NCBI RefSeq assembly: GCF_009914755.1
Contig: NC_060937.1
Direction: 5' to 3' (one strand)
Origin: the human T2T-CHM13v2.0 reference genome, Homo sapiens
Length of the DNA: 64,000 nt
The notes under the pieces were generated by a model. It did not search any database and was not told where the DNA came from. It was given only the letters and a program-made list of their open reading frames with translations. Made by a program: the position numbers and the translations under genes. Positions 63,965-64,000 of this stretch are shown here, one piece after another (within the stretch, counting starts at the first letter, position 1; each line of letters starts with the position of its first letter).

Positions 63965-64000
63965 GTGACTTCCTATTTTTGCATAGCAGGTAGGACTCTC

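Overview
This is human genomic DNA, not prokaryotic: it carries about 26 Alu copies, including human-specific AluYb8 and AluYa5, plus L1, L2, MIR, hAT-Charlie/MER5 and LTR relics. A CpG island at about 38.66-40.52 kb looks like a bidirectional promoter. Leftward (- strand) it drives a gene whose 5' exons can be read from splice signals: exon 1 at about 39604-39930, exon 2 at 17690-17747, exon 3 at 14681-14789 (ending in AAC-ATG|gt), a weaker candidate exon at 2391-2470, and several candidate alternative first exons. The main coding sequence probably lies left of the window, and I could not identify the gene. Rightward (+ strand), strong splice sites suggest a divergent spliced lncRNA. No long protein-coding region is supported; the listed ORFs mostly come from Alu, L1, microsatellite or GC-rich sequence. 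I found no evidence of a new multi-gene system. The best leads are an ORF spanning the leader exons, the divergent lncRNA, young Alu insertions, a perfect 5x22-bp repeat, an isolated hairpin and a CTCF site. All calls were made by eye, so repeat subfamilies and boundaries are approximate.
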